The notes beneath the pieces were generated by a model that did no database searches, was not told where the DNA came from, and was given only the letters and a program-made list of their open reading frames with translations. The translations under genes were made by a program, and so were the position numbers. A DNA stretch of 31,025 nt from Candidatus Methylomirabilia bacterium (GTDB taxonomy: Bacteria > Methylomirabilota > Methylomirabilia > Rokubacteriales > CSP1-6), in the NCBI GenBank assembly GCA_046758965.1, contig JBHIBG010000027.1:1-31025 (forward strand). Direction: 5' to 3'. Of this stretch, positions 19,124 through 27,380 are shown piece by piece (the stretch's first letter is position 1; each line of letters starts with the position of its first letter).

Positions 19124-22100
19124 ATGAGGTGGCTCGTTGCCCTGTGCCTCGTCGTGGCCCTTCCCTCGCGGGCATTGGGGGCCGCCGCGTTGCTCCCCGC
19201 CGCACCGCCCGCTCTCGCTCTCGGCCCCCTCATCCCCTTGGTCGGGCTCCCCCTTGAAAAGCCTCCTGTGGTATTCCCGAAGATGGCCTTCCCCCTCTCT
19301 CCAGGACCCGACGCCGGGGAGCTGCCGGAGTTGCCGCCACTTCCGCCGGCCCCGGCCAGCGCGAACCTCCCGGGCCGGCCACTGGCACCGCTTCCCGCGC
19401 AGAGCCTGTTTGCCTGCAACCCGCTCGGGACGCTCTTGGCGGTGGCCTCCCAGCTCTTCGCGTGTGGCCGAGTCCGATTCGAAGAAGGGAGCCTGGCGGA
19501 AGCGCGTGACTTGCTGGAGAGAGCGGCGCAACGCGCGGACGGCCGCCTGAAACAGGAGACTCGTTACCTGCTGGGCGAGACTTACGCCCGTCTCAACCAG
19601 CTCGAGGCAGCGGAGCGGAACTTTCTCATGGCAACCCAGCAGGCACCGCACTCCGAGCTGGGGCTCTACGCGCTCTCGTCCCTCGGGTGGCTTGCGTTTC
19701 AGCTTGACGATCCGGCCCGTGCCCTGGCGAGCTTCGAAGAGCTCATCAAGGCCGGTCCCGCGCCCGCGGTGGTCCCCTACGCGAGCCACGGTCGGGCCTT
19801 GGCGCTGTACGCCTTGGGGCGGTACGGGGAGGCCCGCGAGGCGTGGGAGAAGCTCGCCAACACCAGCCTCCCGCTCGAGCTGGTGCGAACAGTCACCTTC
19901 TGGTTGGGGGAGAGCCTCGGGCGCGCGGGGGAGTATGAGCGGGCCCAGGGACCTCTCAGGCGCTTCGTCAATACCGGACGCCATCCCCTGCTCAAGAGCG
20001 GCCTCCTCCGCCTCGGCGAGTGGGCCTTGGCCGGGGGCCACCCGGACGCGAGCGCGCAGGCGTTCCGGCAGCTCCTGAGCGAGTTCCCCAACGGTGCCGA
20101 GGTGGGCCGGGCTCGCGTCGGCCTTGCCCGAGCGCATCTGGCACTCGACGATCTGTCAGGGGCCCGCAAGGCGGTCCGTCAGCTTCAGCACGACGACCCC
20201 TCGCACCCGCTCCTGTTACCGGCGCTGTTTCTCGTCCTCCGCCGGGTTCTGGAGCGGGAGGCGATCGAATATATCCCCCCGCTCTCCCATGACCTGCTGG
20301 CCCTGGATCTCCCCGCCGGCCTCAGGAGCTATGTCCTGTACCTGAACGGCGAAGCGAGCCGCCGCTTAGGCCTGCCTGGCCAGGCGCGGAGCCAGCTTGA
20401 GCAGGTCAGCTTGCGCGAGCCCGCAGGCCTGCTCGGCTGGCGTGCCACCCTGGCCCTGGCGCAGATAGACTTCAAGGCGCGGGAGTTCACGCGGGCGCTT
20501 CGCGAGGTCCAGCGCCTCCTCAACCAGTCGCTGACGCCGGAGATCCTGGGCGTCGCGCTCCTCATCCAGGGGGAGGCGGCGTACCGGACGAAGAAGTACG
20601 AGACGGCGGCGAGGGCCTTCCGCCGGTTTCTGGCTGAGTTGCCGGGGCACCCGCAGACCGCTGACGCCACGCTCTCGCTGGCCTGGTCAGAGTTTCGCCT
20701 GGAGCGGCGGGAAGAGGCGCGGAAACGGTGGCTGGCCTACGCCAGGCGGTTTCCCGAGGAGCGCCACGCCGGGGCCGCGCTCCTGCTAGCGGCGGAGATG
20801 GCCGGACAGACGGGGAAGTTCGCGGCGGTCCGAGATCTGCTGGAGGAGATGTTGAGCCGCTATCCGACCGATCCGCACGCCGCGGTGGCGCGACTGAACC
20901 GGGCGATCCTTGACATCCGGTCCGGGCAACTCTCCCTGGGGTTGGCGGAGATGGAGACTCTGAAGGGCGGCGAGGGGTTCTTTGCGGCTGTGGGGAGGGC
21001 GCGGCTGGCCAGAGGTGCTGCTCTTCTCGCGGCGAGTCCGGCGAAGGCGGCCGTCGAATTCAGGCAGGCCATCGTCGAAGGGGAAGGTGCCCTCGCCCAC
21101 CTGGGCCTCGCGAGCGCCTTGCTGGCCCTCGGAGACAGGGCGGAGGCCGGGCGCCAGTTTGCCGAGGCGCGGGATCTCGGAACCGAGCCGGTGCGCCGGC
21201 TGGCCGAGTATGGGATCGCTGCCGCGGCGTTCCCCGAGCGAAGCGGTGAGGCGCTCACGCGTACAGCCGCCGCCCTGGTGCGCTCGCCCTCAGCGAGCGT
21301 CTCCGTCCCCGGCCTGCTCTACCTCTTGATGGCTCTTGCTACGGAGGAGACGCGCTGGGATGAGGCGCGTCGGTGGACTCTCCGCCTGATCGGCGAGTTC
21401 CCCGGCCACGAAGCCGCCGCCGATGCCCTCGTTCGCCTCGGCGCGGGCGCGTACCGCGCCCAGGAGTGGCAGCTGGTCAGGGAAAGCTACCAGCTTCTCC
21501 TGGCCCGCTACGCCAAGAGCCCGCACATCGACGGGGTCCGCGTGAGCCTAGGCGAGGCCTTGTTCAAGACCGGCGCCCCGGCCAAGGCGTCCGAGGTGCT
21601 CCGCGAGTTCGTGGACTCGACGCGCAACGATCCCAGGCTCCCCGATGCGCTCGCGCTCTTGGCCCGGGCCTCTGAAGCCGCCGGGGACCGCCCGGCAGCG
21701 ATCCAGGCGCTGGCCCGGCTGGTCCGAGAGCACCCGGACTCCCCGCACGCGGTGCCCGCTCGAATGAGCCAGGCGCGGCTCTTCCAGGAGGGGGGGCGGT
21801 GGGAGGAGTCCCGGAAGGTGCTCGAGGAGGTGGTGAACGTCGCCGAGCCAGGCATCGCGGCAGAGGCCGCCTTCAAGCTCGGGGAGGGGCTCAACGCCCG
21901 GGGCGACCACAAGAAGGCTGTTGAGTTCTACATGTCGGCGGCCTACCTGAGCCCCGACACCGGATGGGGGCAGCGTGCCCTCGCGGGCGCCGGCCGGAGC
22001 TTTGTGGCCCTCAACAAGGCCGAAGCAGCCAAGATCGTCTACCGAAAGCTTCTCGCCCATCCCGCGGTGCAGCCAGAGCTGGCGCGGAGGGCCAAAGAGG

Positions 22101-22144
22101 CGCTGGCTCAGCTGGGGGAATCCCGGAAGGCTGAAGCCGACTGA
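19124..22144 (+). CDS. Large secreted tetratricopeptide-repeat protein
   Basis: Signal peptide MRWLVALCLVVALPSRALG, Pro-rich linker, many TPR pairs with CpoB/BamD-like turns (FPNG, LPGHP, YPTDP, HPDSP). ATG at 19124 preferred over GTG at 19091. Confidence 0.85.
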   Translation: MRWLVALCLVVALPSRALGAAALLPAAPPALALGPLIPLVGLPLEKPPVVFPKMAFPLSPGPDAGELPELPPLPPAPASANLPGRPLAPLPAQSLFACNPLGTLLAVASQLFACGRVRFEEGSLAEARDLLERAAQRADGRLKQETRYLLGETYARLNQLEAAERNFLMATQQAPHSELGLYALSSLGWLAFQLDDPARALASFEELIKAGPAPAVVPYASHGRALALYALGRYGEAREAWEKLANTSLPLELVRTVTFWLGESLGRAGEYERAQGPLRRFVNTGRHPLLKSGLLRLGEWALAGGHPDASAQAFRQLLSEFPNGAEVGRARVGLARAHLALDDLSGARKAVRQLQHDDPSHPLLLPALFLVLRRVLEREAIEYIPPLSHDLLALDLPAGLRSYVLYLNGEASRRLGLPGQARSQLEQVSLREPAGLLGWRATLALAQIDFKAREFTRALREVQRLLNQSLTPEILGVALLIQGEAAYRTKKYETAARAFRRFLAELPGHPQTADATLSLAWSEFRLERREEARKRWLAYARRFPEERHAGAALLLAAEMAGQTGKFAAVRDLLEEMLSRYPTDPHAAVARLNRAILDIRSGQLSLGLAEMETLKGGEGFFAAVGRARLARGAALLAASPAKAAVEFRQAIVEGEGALAHLGLASALLALGDRAEAGRQFAEARDLGTEPVRRLAEYGIAAAAFPERSGEALTRTAAALVRSPSASVSVPGLLYLLMALATEETRWDEARRWTLRLIGEFPGHEAAADALVRLGAGAYRAQEWQLVRESYQLLLARYAKSPHIDGVRVSLGEALFKTGAPAKASEVLREFVDSTRNDPRLPDALALLARASEAAGDRPAAIQALARLVREHPDSPHAVPARMSQARLFQEGGRWEESRKVLEEVVNVAEPGIAAEAAFKLGEGLNARGDHKKAVEFYMSAAYLSPDTGWGQRALAGAGRSFVALNKAEAAKIVYRKLLAHPAVQPELARRAKEALAQLGESRKAEAD

Positions 22145-22221
22145 CCCGGTGTCAGAGAGCCCGGGAAGTGCATCGGCTCCGGCACCGGTATTCGCCAGAA
22201 GTGACTGCTGCGGAGCTGACC

Positions 22222-24057
22222 GTGCAAGGTTACGCCGGGAGGATCCTCTTCGTTGACCTGGGGGAGCGGCGCTCTCGCATGGAGCCCCTCCCGGAGGAGA
22301 TGGCGCGCCAGTTCCTCGGCGGGAACGGCTTTGCGGTCAGGCTCCTGGCCGAGCAGCTGGCGCCCGGCATCGACCCCTACGACCCCGCCAACGCGGTGGT
22401 CTTCGCCGTGGGCCCGATCACAGACACCACGGTCCCCGGCAACAGCCGGGCCTGCGTGGCCACGAAGTCGCCCCTGACCGGCCTCTTCTTCGATTCCACC
22501 TTCGGCGGTCGCTTCCCCGCTACCATGAAACGCACCGGCTTCGACGCGATGTTCATCACCGGCCGGGCGCCGGAGCCTGTCTACCTGAAAGTCAGTGAGG
22601 CGAGCGTCGAGATGAAACCCGCGCTCGGCCTCTGGGGGAGGAGCACCCGTGAGACCGTGGAGGCGATCCAGCAGGTTGAGGGGCCGGAGGCTGATGTGAT
22701 CACCATCGGCCCGGCGGGCGAGCATCGGGTTCGTTTCGCGGCCATGGTTCACTACTGGAGGAACCGGGAGGGGGTGTCCGGGCGCGGGGGGATCGGAGCC
22801 GTGCTGGGCTCCAAGAACCTGAAGGCCGTGGTCGTGGCCGGGAGCCGGAAGACCGGAGTCGCGAATGCGGCGGCCCTCAAGGCCCTGCTCGAGGAGACCC
22901 GTGACCCCCTCAAGACCGGGACCAAGGCCCTCTCAGTCTTCGGGACCCCGTCCTTGGTCCAGCCCATCAACACCCTCGGGGCTCTGGGAACCTATAACCT
23001 ACAGACCGAGGTCTACGGCGAGGCGCGCGCCATCTCGGGCGAGGAGATGAAGGCCCACTACCACCAGAAGGATACCACCTGCCTGAAATGTCCCGTGGCC
23101 TGCGGCAAGCAGTACGCGATCAGGGGGGGCGAGTTTGCGGGCACGAGGGCCAAGATGCCTGAGTACGAGACCATCTTCGCCTTCGGCCCCATGCTGGGGA
23201 ATCCTCATGCCTCCTCCCTCATCAAGGCCAACGAGCTCTGCGATCTCCTGGGCATGGACACCATCAGCCTCGGGGTCACCCTGGCCTTTGTGGCCGAGGC
23301 GCTGGAGAAGGGATGGCTGGATCCCGGGGAGCTCGGGGTCCCGTACGGCTGGGGCGACTGGCGAGGGATGCTCCGCCTCGTGGAGATGACGGCGGCCCGC
23401 CAGGGGTTCGGTGACCGGATCGCTGAAGGCGCCTGGCGCCTGGCCGAATCGCTGGGGCCGGAGGCGCTGAAGGCGGTCTATGCGGTCAAACGCCTGGAGC
23501 TCCCGGCCCATTCGGCCCGCGCGCTCAAAGGGATGTCGATCGGCTACGCGACGGCGACCCGCGGGGGAAGCCACCACGACACCCGTCCGACCCCGCAGTA
23601 CGCCCAGGGCTTCGACCGCCGGAGCCCGGAAGGAAAGCCGGAGTTCGCTCTCCGGAGCCAGCACTTCACCGCCGTGGGTGATTCCCTCGTCCTCTGTCGC
23701 TTCACCTCGGAGCGCGGCTTCGGGCTGTCCGTGAACGAGAGCTACGCCCGGATGGTCTCGGCCGTCACAGGCTGGCTGCTGGGCGTGGAGGAGCTGGAGC
23801 GGATCGGCGAGCGCGTGGTGAACCTCGAACGCTGCTTCAACGCCCGGGAAGGGGTCGGGCGGAAGGACGATACGCTTCCCTGGCGGGTCATGCACGAGCC
23901 GATCCCCGAGGGCCCCTCAGCGGGCATGCACTGCCCGCCCGCGGAGCTGGATCGGATGCTGGACGAATACTACCGGCTCAGGGGGTGGGACAGCGAGGGC
24001 CTGCCGAGGAAGGAAACTCTCGAGAGGCTGGGGCTGCCGACGCGGTTGGGCGCCTGA
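22222..24057 (+). CDS. Aldehyde:ferredoxin oxidoreductase family protein (tungstopterin, 4Fe-4S)
   Basis: KSPLTG, IGPAGE, GRGGIGAVLGSKNLKAV, CLKCPVAC, EYET, DLLGMDTIS, DSLVLC, YYRLRGWD; GGAG before GTG 22222. Confidence 0.93.
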   Translation: MQGYAGRILFVDLGERRSRMEPLPEEMARQFLGGNGFAVRLLAEQLAPGIDPYDPANAVVFAVGPITDTTVPGNSRACVATKSPLTGLFFDSTFGGRFPATMKRTGFDAMFITGRAPEPVYLKVSEASVEMKPALGLWGRSTRETVEAIQQVEGPEADVITIGPAGEHRVRFAAMVHYWRNREGVSGRGGIGAVLGSKNLKAVVVAGSRKTGVANAAALKALLEETRDPLKTGTKALSVFGTPSLVQPINTLGALGTYNLQTEVYGEARAISGEEMKAHYHQKDTTCLKCPVACGKQYAIRGGEFAGTRAKMPEYETIFAFGPMLGNPHASSLIKANELCDLLGMDTISLGVTLAFVAEALEKGWLDPGELGVPYGWGDWRGMLRLVEMTAARQGFGDRIAEGAWRLAESLGPEALKAVYAVKRLELPAHSARALKGMSIGYATATRGGSHHDTRPTPQYAQGFDRRSPEGKPEFALRSQHFTAVGDSLVLCRFTSERGFGLSVNESYARMVSAVTGWLLGVEELERIGERVVNLERCFNAREGVGRKDDTLPWRVMHEPIPEGPSAGMHCPPAELDRMLDEYYRLRGWDSEGLPRKETLERLGLPTRLGA

Positions 24058-24090
24058 GCAGCGCGCGGTCGTGATCGGAGAGAGATCGGG

Positions 24091-25494
24091 CTAGCGATCG
24101 AGCGCGGCCAGCATATCCGCCACGCGCGTGAACTTGACCCGCGGACGCCCCGCGGCTCGGCCTCTGGCGACCTCCAATTCATCGAGGCGCCGCCAATCCG
24201 CGTAGGAGAAGTATTCCGGCCGGCGTTGGCGGATAAGCGCTTCGGCGGCTCCGGCGTCGGGGTGTGATGGCGTGAGAATCACACCGTGCGCCAGGTCTTC
24301 GACCATGCACACCACCGTTTCAGCCGCGTCAGGCTTGTTCGTACCGATGACACCGGTCGGCCCGCGTTTGATCCAGCCGGCGGTGTATTCGCCGACGACG
24401 GGCTGCCGCGTATCGGGATCGAGCACCCGCCCCTTCTCGTTCAGAATGACGCCCCAGCTCTCGTTGAACGGCACGCCCGGGAGGGGGACCCCGCGATAGC
24501 CGACAGATCGGAACACCAGGCCCGCCGCCAGCTCCTCGAATGTATCGGTCGGCCTGGGCTGGAGCGTCCCGGCCGGGGTGGCGTGGAGCTCATTCTTCCT
24601 CAGGCGCATCGCCACGAACCGGCCTGCCTCGTTGCCGGTGAGCTCGACGGGCGAGACCAGGAAACGGACAATCAGCTGCCGGGACTTCCCGCCCGGCCTC
24701 CGCCGCGCATACCCGTGCAAGATCTCCACTTTCTTCAGCGTGGTCCGATCCTGGCTGCGTTCGAGCGCCGCCCGGCTGAGCTCGTCGAGCTCGACTTCCT
24801 CCGGCAACACGGTGATGTCGGCGCCAGGGAGCTCTCCCAGCTCCTTGATTTCGGGGTTGGTGAACGCGGCCTGGGCCGGCCCGCGCCGCCCGAGCATGTA
24901 CACCTCCTTGATCCGGCTTCGCCTCAGGGCTTCCAGGGCCTGATCGCTGATGTCGGTCGCCGCCAACTCTTCCGGCGTGCGACATAAGATGCGCGCGACA
25001 TCCACAGCCACGTTCCCGACGCCGACCACCGCGGCCCGCTCCTGCTGGAGATCGAACTGGCACTCCTGGTAATCGGGATGACCGTTGTACCAGGCAACGA
25101 ACTCGGTTGCCGGATGGCTCCCCGGCAGGTCCTCGCCGGGAATACCCATACGCCGGTCAGCGTGGGCGCCCGTGGCGTAGAGAATCTGGTGGTAATGCTC
25201 CCTGAGGTCGGCCACGGTGACATCCTTGCCGAATTCCACATATCCATAGAACCGGAACCTGGGATCGGCGGCGATTCTGTCGAACGCGGCCGCGACAGAT
25301 TTGATCTTCTGATGATCAGGGGCCACGGCGGCCCGCACGAGCCCGTGCGGCGTCGGCAAGCGATCGAACATGTCGATCTCGACGGCGAGGCCCTCCCGTT
25401 TCAACAGATGCTCCGCCGCGTAGAATCCGGCCGGGCCGGAGCCGATGATCGCGACTCGCAGCGGGGCGGGGTCACCACCCGGGCGGGCCATCAC
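24091..25494 (-). CDS. Ferredoxin--NADP+ reductase, FprA/adrenodoxin reductase type
   Basis: GSGPAG FAD motif, VAPDH, FVAWYNGHP, GVGNVAVDVAR, GRRGPAQAAFT, GWIKRGPTGVIGTNK. Confidence 0.92.
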   Translation of the reverse strand: MMARPGGDPAPLRVAIIGSGPAGFYAAEHLLKREGLAVEIDMFDRLPTPHGLVRAAVAPDHQKIKSVAAAFDRIAADPRFRFYGYVEFGKDVTVADLREHYHQILYATGAHADRRMGIPGEDLPGSHPATEFVAWYNGHPDYQECQFDLQQERAAVVGVGNVAVDVARILCRTPEELAATDISDQALEALRRSRIKEVYMLGRRGPAQAAFTNPEIKELGELPGADITVLPEEVELDELSRAALERSQDRTTLKKVEILHGYARRRPGGKSRQLIVRFLVSPVELTGNEAGRFVAMRLRKNELHATPAGTLQPRPTDTFEELAAGLVFRSVGYRGVPLPGVPFNESWGVILNEKGRVLDPDTRQPVVGEYTAGWIKRGPTGVIGTNKPDAAETVVCMVEDLAHGVILTPSHPDAGAAEALIRQRRPEYFSYADWRRLDELEVARGRAAGRPRVKFTRVADMLAALDR

Positions 25495-25511
25495 TCGCCG
25501 GTTTCAACCAC

Positions 25512-25946
25512 TCAGCGCTCATCGGCCAGGATCTGAGTCTCCAGGGTTTCAACCTCGCCCTGGTATTTGTTCCGCTGGGCCTTGACCACATCCCCGAGGG
25601 TGACGATGCCGACGAGTTTCCCTCCGTCCACGACCGGCAGATGGCGAATCCGCTTTTCGGTCATGGTGTTGGCGACAGTGACCAGATCGTCCTGCGGCAG
25701 CCCGGTGATGACGTCCCGGGTCATGAACTCGCTCACGCTTCGCGTAAACAGATGCTCGTTCGTGGCCGCTTCGCGCACAATGTCGCGCTCGGAGAGGACG
25801 CCGACGGGGGTGCCGACCTCGTTCACGACGATGAGCGCGCCGATATTGTGTTTGCTCAACAGGACGACGGCCTCACGGACCGTTCGTTCGGGACGAATGG
25901 TGATCAGCTGTCGGCCCTTGGTCGCCAGGATGCTTGCGATATTCAT
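25512..25946 (-). CDS. CBS domain-containing protein
   Basis: Tandem CBS pair: NIGALIV...GVLSERDIV, and MTEKRIRHLPVV...GIVTLGDVVK. Confidence 0.93.
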   Translation of the reverse strand: MNIASILATKGRQLITIRPERTVREAVVLLSKHNIGALIVVNEVGTPVGVLSERDIVREAATNEHLFTRSVSEFMTRDVITGLPQDDLVTVANTMTEKRIRHLPVVDGGKLVGIVTLGDVVKAQRNKYQGEVETLETQILADER

Positions 25947-26048
25947 CTGATGGCCCTCCCCTTCAACTTCGCTCGGGAGGTGACTCCCTCCGAGCTTCCT
26001 TCGAGGCCATGGGATTCCTCAGGCGTTGAGATCATACGAGTTGGCGAG

Positions 26049-26078
26049 ACTATAGGACGCGCTCGAGACCACTGTCAA
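26049..26078 (-). promoter_or_regulatory. Sigma70-type promoter of the CBS-reductase pair
   Basis: On the minus strand TTGACA (26078-26073), 18-nt spacer, TATAGT (26054-26049). Confidence 0.65.
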
Positions 26079-26184
26079 GCTCAGCTCTCGGCTCTGATAT
26101 CCTGACCAATCCCGCGGTTGGCTGGCATCGTCAAGACTGTCGGTACCGGGGCTCCTGCCGGGCAAACCGAGCCTTTTTGGCGGC

Positions 26185-26200
26185 TGGCATGGAACTTGCT
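26185..26200 (+). promoter_or_regulatory. Sigma54 (-24/-12) promoter candidate
   Basis: TGGCATG-GAAC-TTGCT, exact GG-N10-GC spacing, one mismatch to TGGCACG-N4-TTGCW; 105 nt upstream of the ORF at 26306. Confidence 0.6.
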
Positions 26201-26305
26201 CAACCCATGAAGGACAGCTCGAGGGGGGATTCCAAGAGGGGCCGACCGACGCGGAGCCCGCCGTGAAGCTGTTGAATCAGAGAGCATTGTCGTGGGAGGT
26301 GAGGG

Positions 26306-27034
26306 ATGACGAAACGGCTCTGCCTGTTCTTGCTTCTGCTGCTTCCGGTATGCGCGTCTGCCGAGCCTTCTTTCAAGACAGATGGCGAATACGCATCGTG
26401 GTTCACCTTCTATTACAGAGATCCTGAACCGGAGCGTCTGGTGGTTGCGCTCAAGTACTATACGAGCTCGTCGCTTTTCGAGCGGAAGAGCGCGCGCATG
26501 CCGTCCGCCCACTTCTATGCTGTACTCATGCGAGAGAAGGGGCATCTCCTTCAAACGCTTGTCAACAGCTTCTCGGACGCCCGGAGCAGGAACTCGAGGG
26601 CTTTCGCTCTCTACGTTCTATGGCTTGTCGACACAAATGAAAGCAGACAGCTTCTCGGCGAAGCCCCGAAGAGATGGAACGAGTCCGACCTGAAGACGGT
26701 GGCGACAGGCCTGCTGGGGCGCCGGCCGAAGAATGTTCTGAACTCGCCGGTTTCGTCACCCCGAGATCTCGATCTGCTTTGGGCCACGTTCTTTGCCACA
26801 GGAGATTCCGCGGTCGTGGAGAAGATCACGTCCGTCGTGGATCTGGCTGAGGATGGCCACGGGCGGGAGCTCTTGCTCGGGGCTGCAGCCAGATGGTCCC
26901 TTCGCAGTAACGCACGGCAGCACCCCAGAGTCCTCGAAATCGTTGGGGTTCTCGCCCGAGAAAGCCGCGGGAGAACTGCTCAGCTCCTCAACGAAATCTA
27001 CGAGGAGGTCCAGGAGGCCCGCGGCAGAAGGTGA
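26306..27034 (+). CDS. Secreted hypothetical protein, mainly alpha-helical
   Basis: SD GGAGGTGAGG, signal peptide MTKRLCLFLLLLLPVCASA, normal amino-acid composition; GC appears lower than in the core genes. Confidence 0.8.
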   Translation: MTKRLCLFLLLLLPVCASAEPSFKTDGEYASWFTFYYRDPEPERLVVALKYYTSSSLFERKSARMPSAHFYAVLMREKGHLLQTLVNSFSDARSRNSRAFALYVLWLVDTNESRQLLGEAPKRWNESDLKTVATGLLGRRPKNVLNSPVSSPRDLDLLWATFFATGDSAVVEKITSVVDLAEDGHGRELLLGAAARWSLRSNARQHPRVLEIVGVLARESRGRTAQLLNEIYEEVQEARGRR

Positions 27035-27039
27035 GCCGG

Positions 27040-27290
27040 TCAGGCGGCGGGGCGGGGGACCGCGGAGAGTCCCAGGAGGCGCTGGACGCCCCGCTGAACC
27101 TGGACCTTGGACGCCCTCCCGTTGGCCGCCACCGCACGCTTCATCTCGGCGGGGGCCAGGGGAGCGCCCGAACCTGCGGTTGGCGCGCCGCCAGGCAGAC
27201 CACGCCCCGCGTGCCCCATGAGGATCGCCGTCCGGGGAAACGTGTAGTCAGCGTACAGGTCCTCGACCACCAGCAGGCGCGGCGGCTCAG
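27040..27290 (-). pseudogene. ruvC: Truncated, doubly frameshifted ruvC (Holliday junction resolvase) remnant
   Basis: LLVVEDLY...PRTAILMGHA, then in a shifted frame RGVVCLAARQPQVRALP, then LAPAEMKRAVAANGRASKVQVQRGVQRLLGL. This matches the RuvC core (E...G.ARG...P..VK....G.A.K.QV...V..LL.L). The N-terminal GIDPG and C-terminal D..DA motifs are missing. Confidence 0.8.
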
Positions 27291-27344
27291 GATGCTGGCC
27301 TCGGCGATTACGCCCCCCATAGTTCACGTCGTGGGCGGGGAACC

Positions 27345-27373
27345 TTGACACCCCCGGCCCCTCCGCGTAGCGT
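27345..27373 (+). promoter_or_regulatory. Sigma70-type promoter giving a leaderless hsdR transcript
   Basis: TTGACA (27345-27350), 17-nt spacer, TAGCGT (27368-27373), then 7 nt to ATG 27381; no SD. Confidence 0.6.
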
Positions 27374-27380
27374 TTCGTAC

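Noticed and set aside
25969..25995. GCTCGG...CCGAGC hairpin in the CBS gene leader as a riboswitch or terminator
   Set aside because: Imperfect single stem with no U-tract and no recognisable family consensus.
26207..26309. 33-codon upstream ORF whose stop overlaps the 26306 start
   Set aside because: No SD, and its ATG lies upstream of the predicted sigma54 start site.
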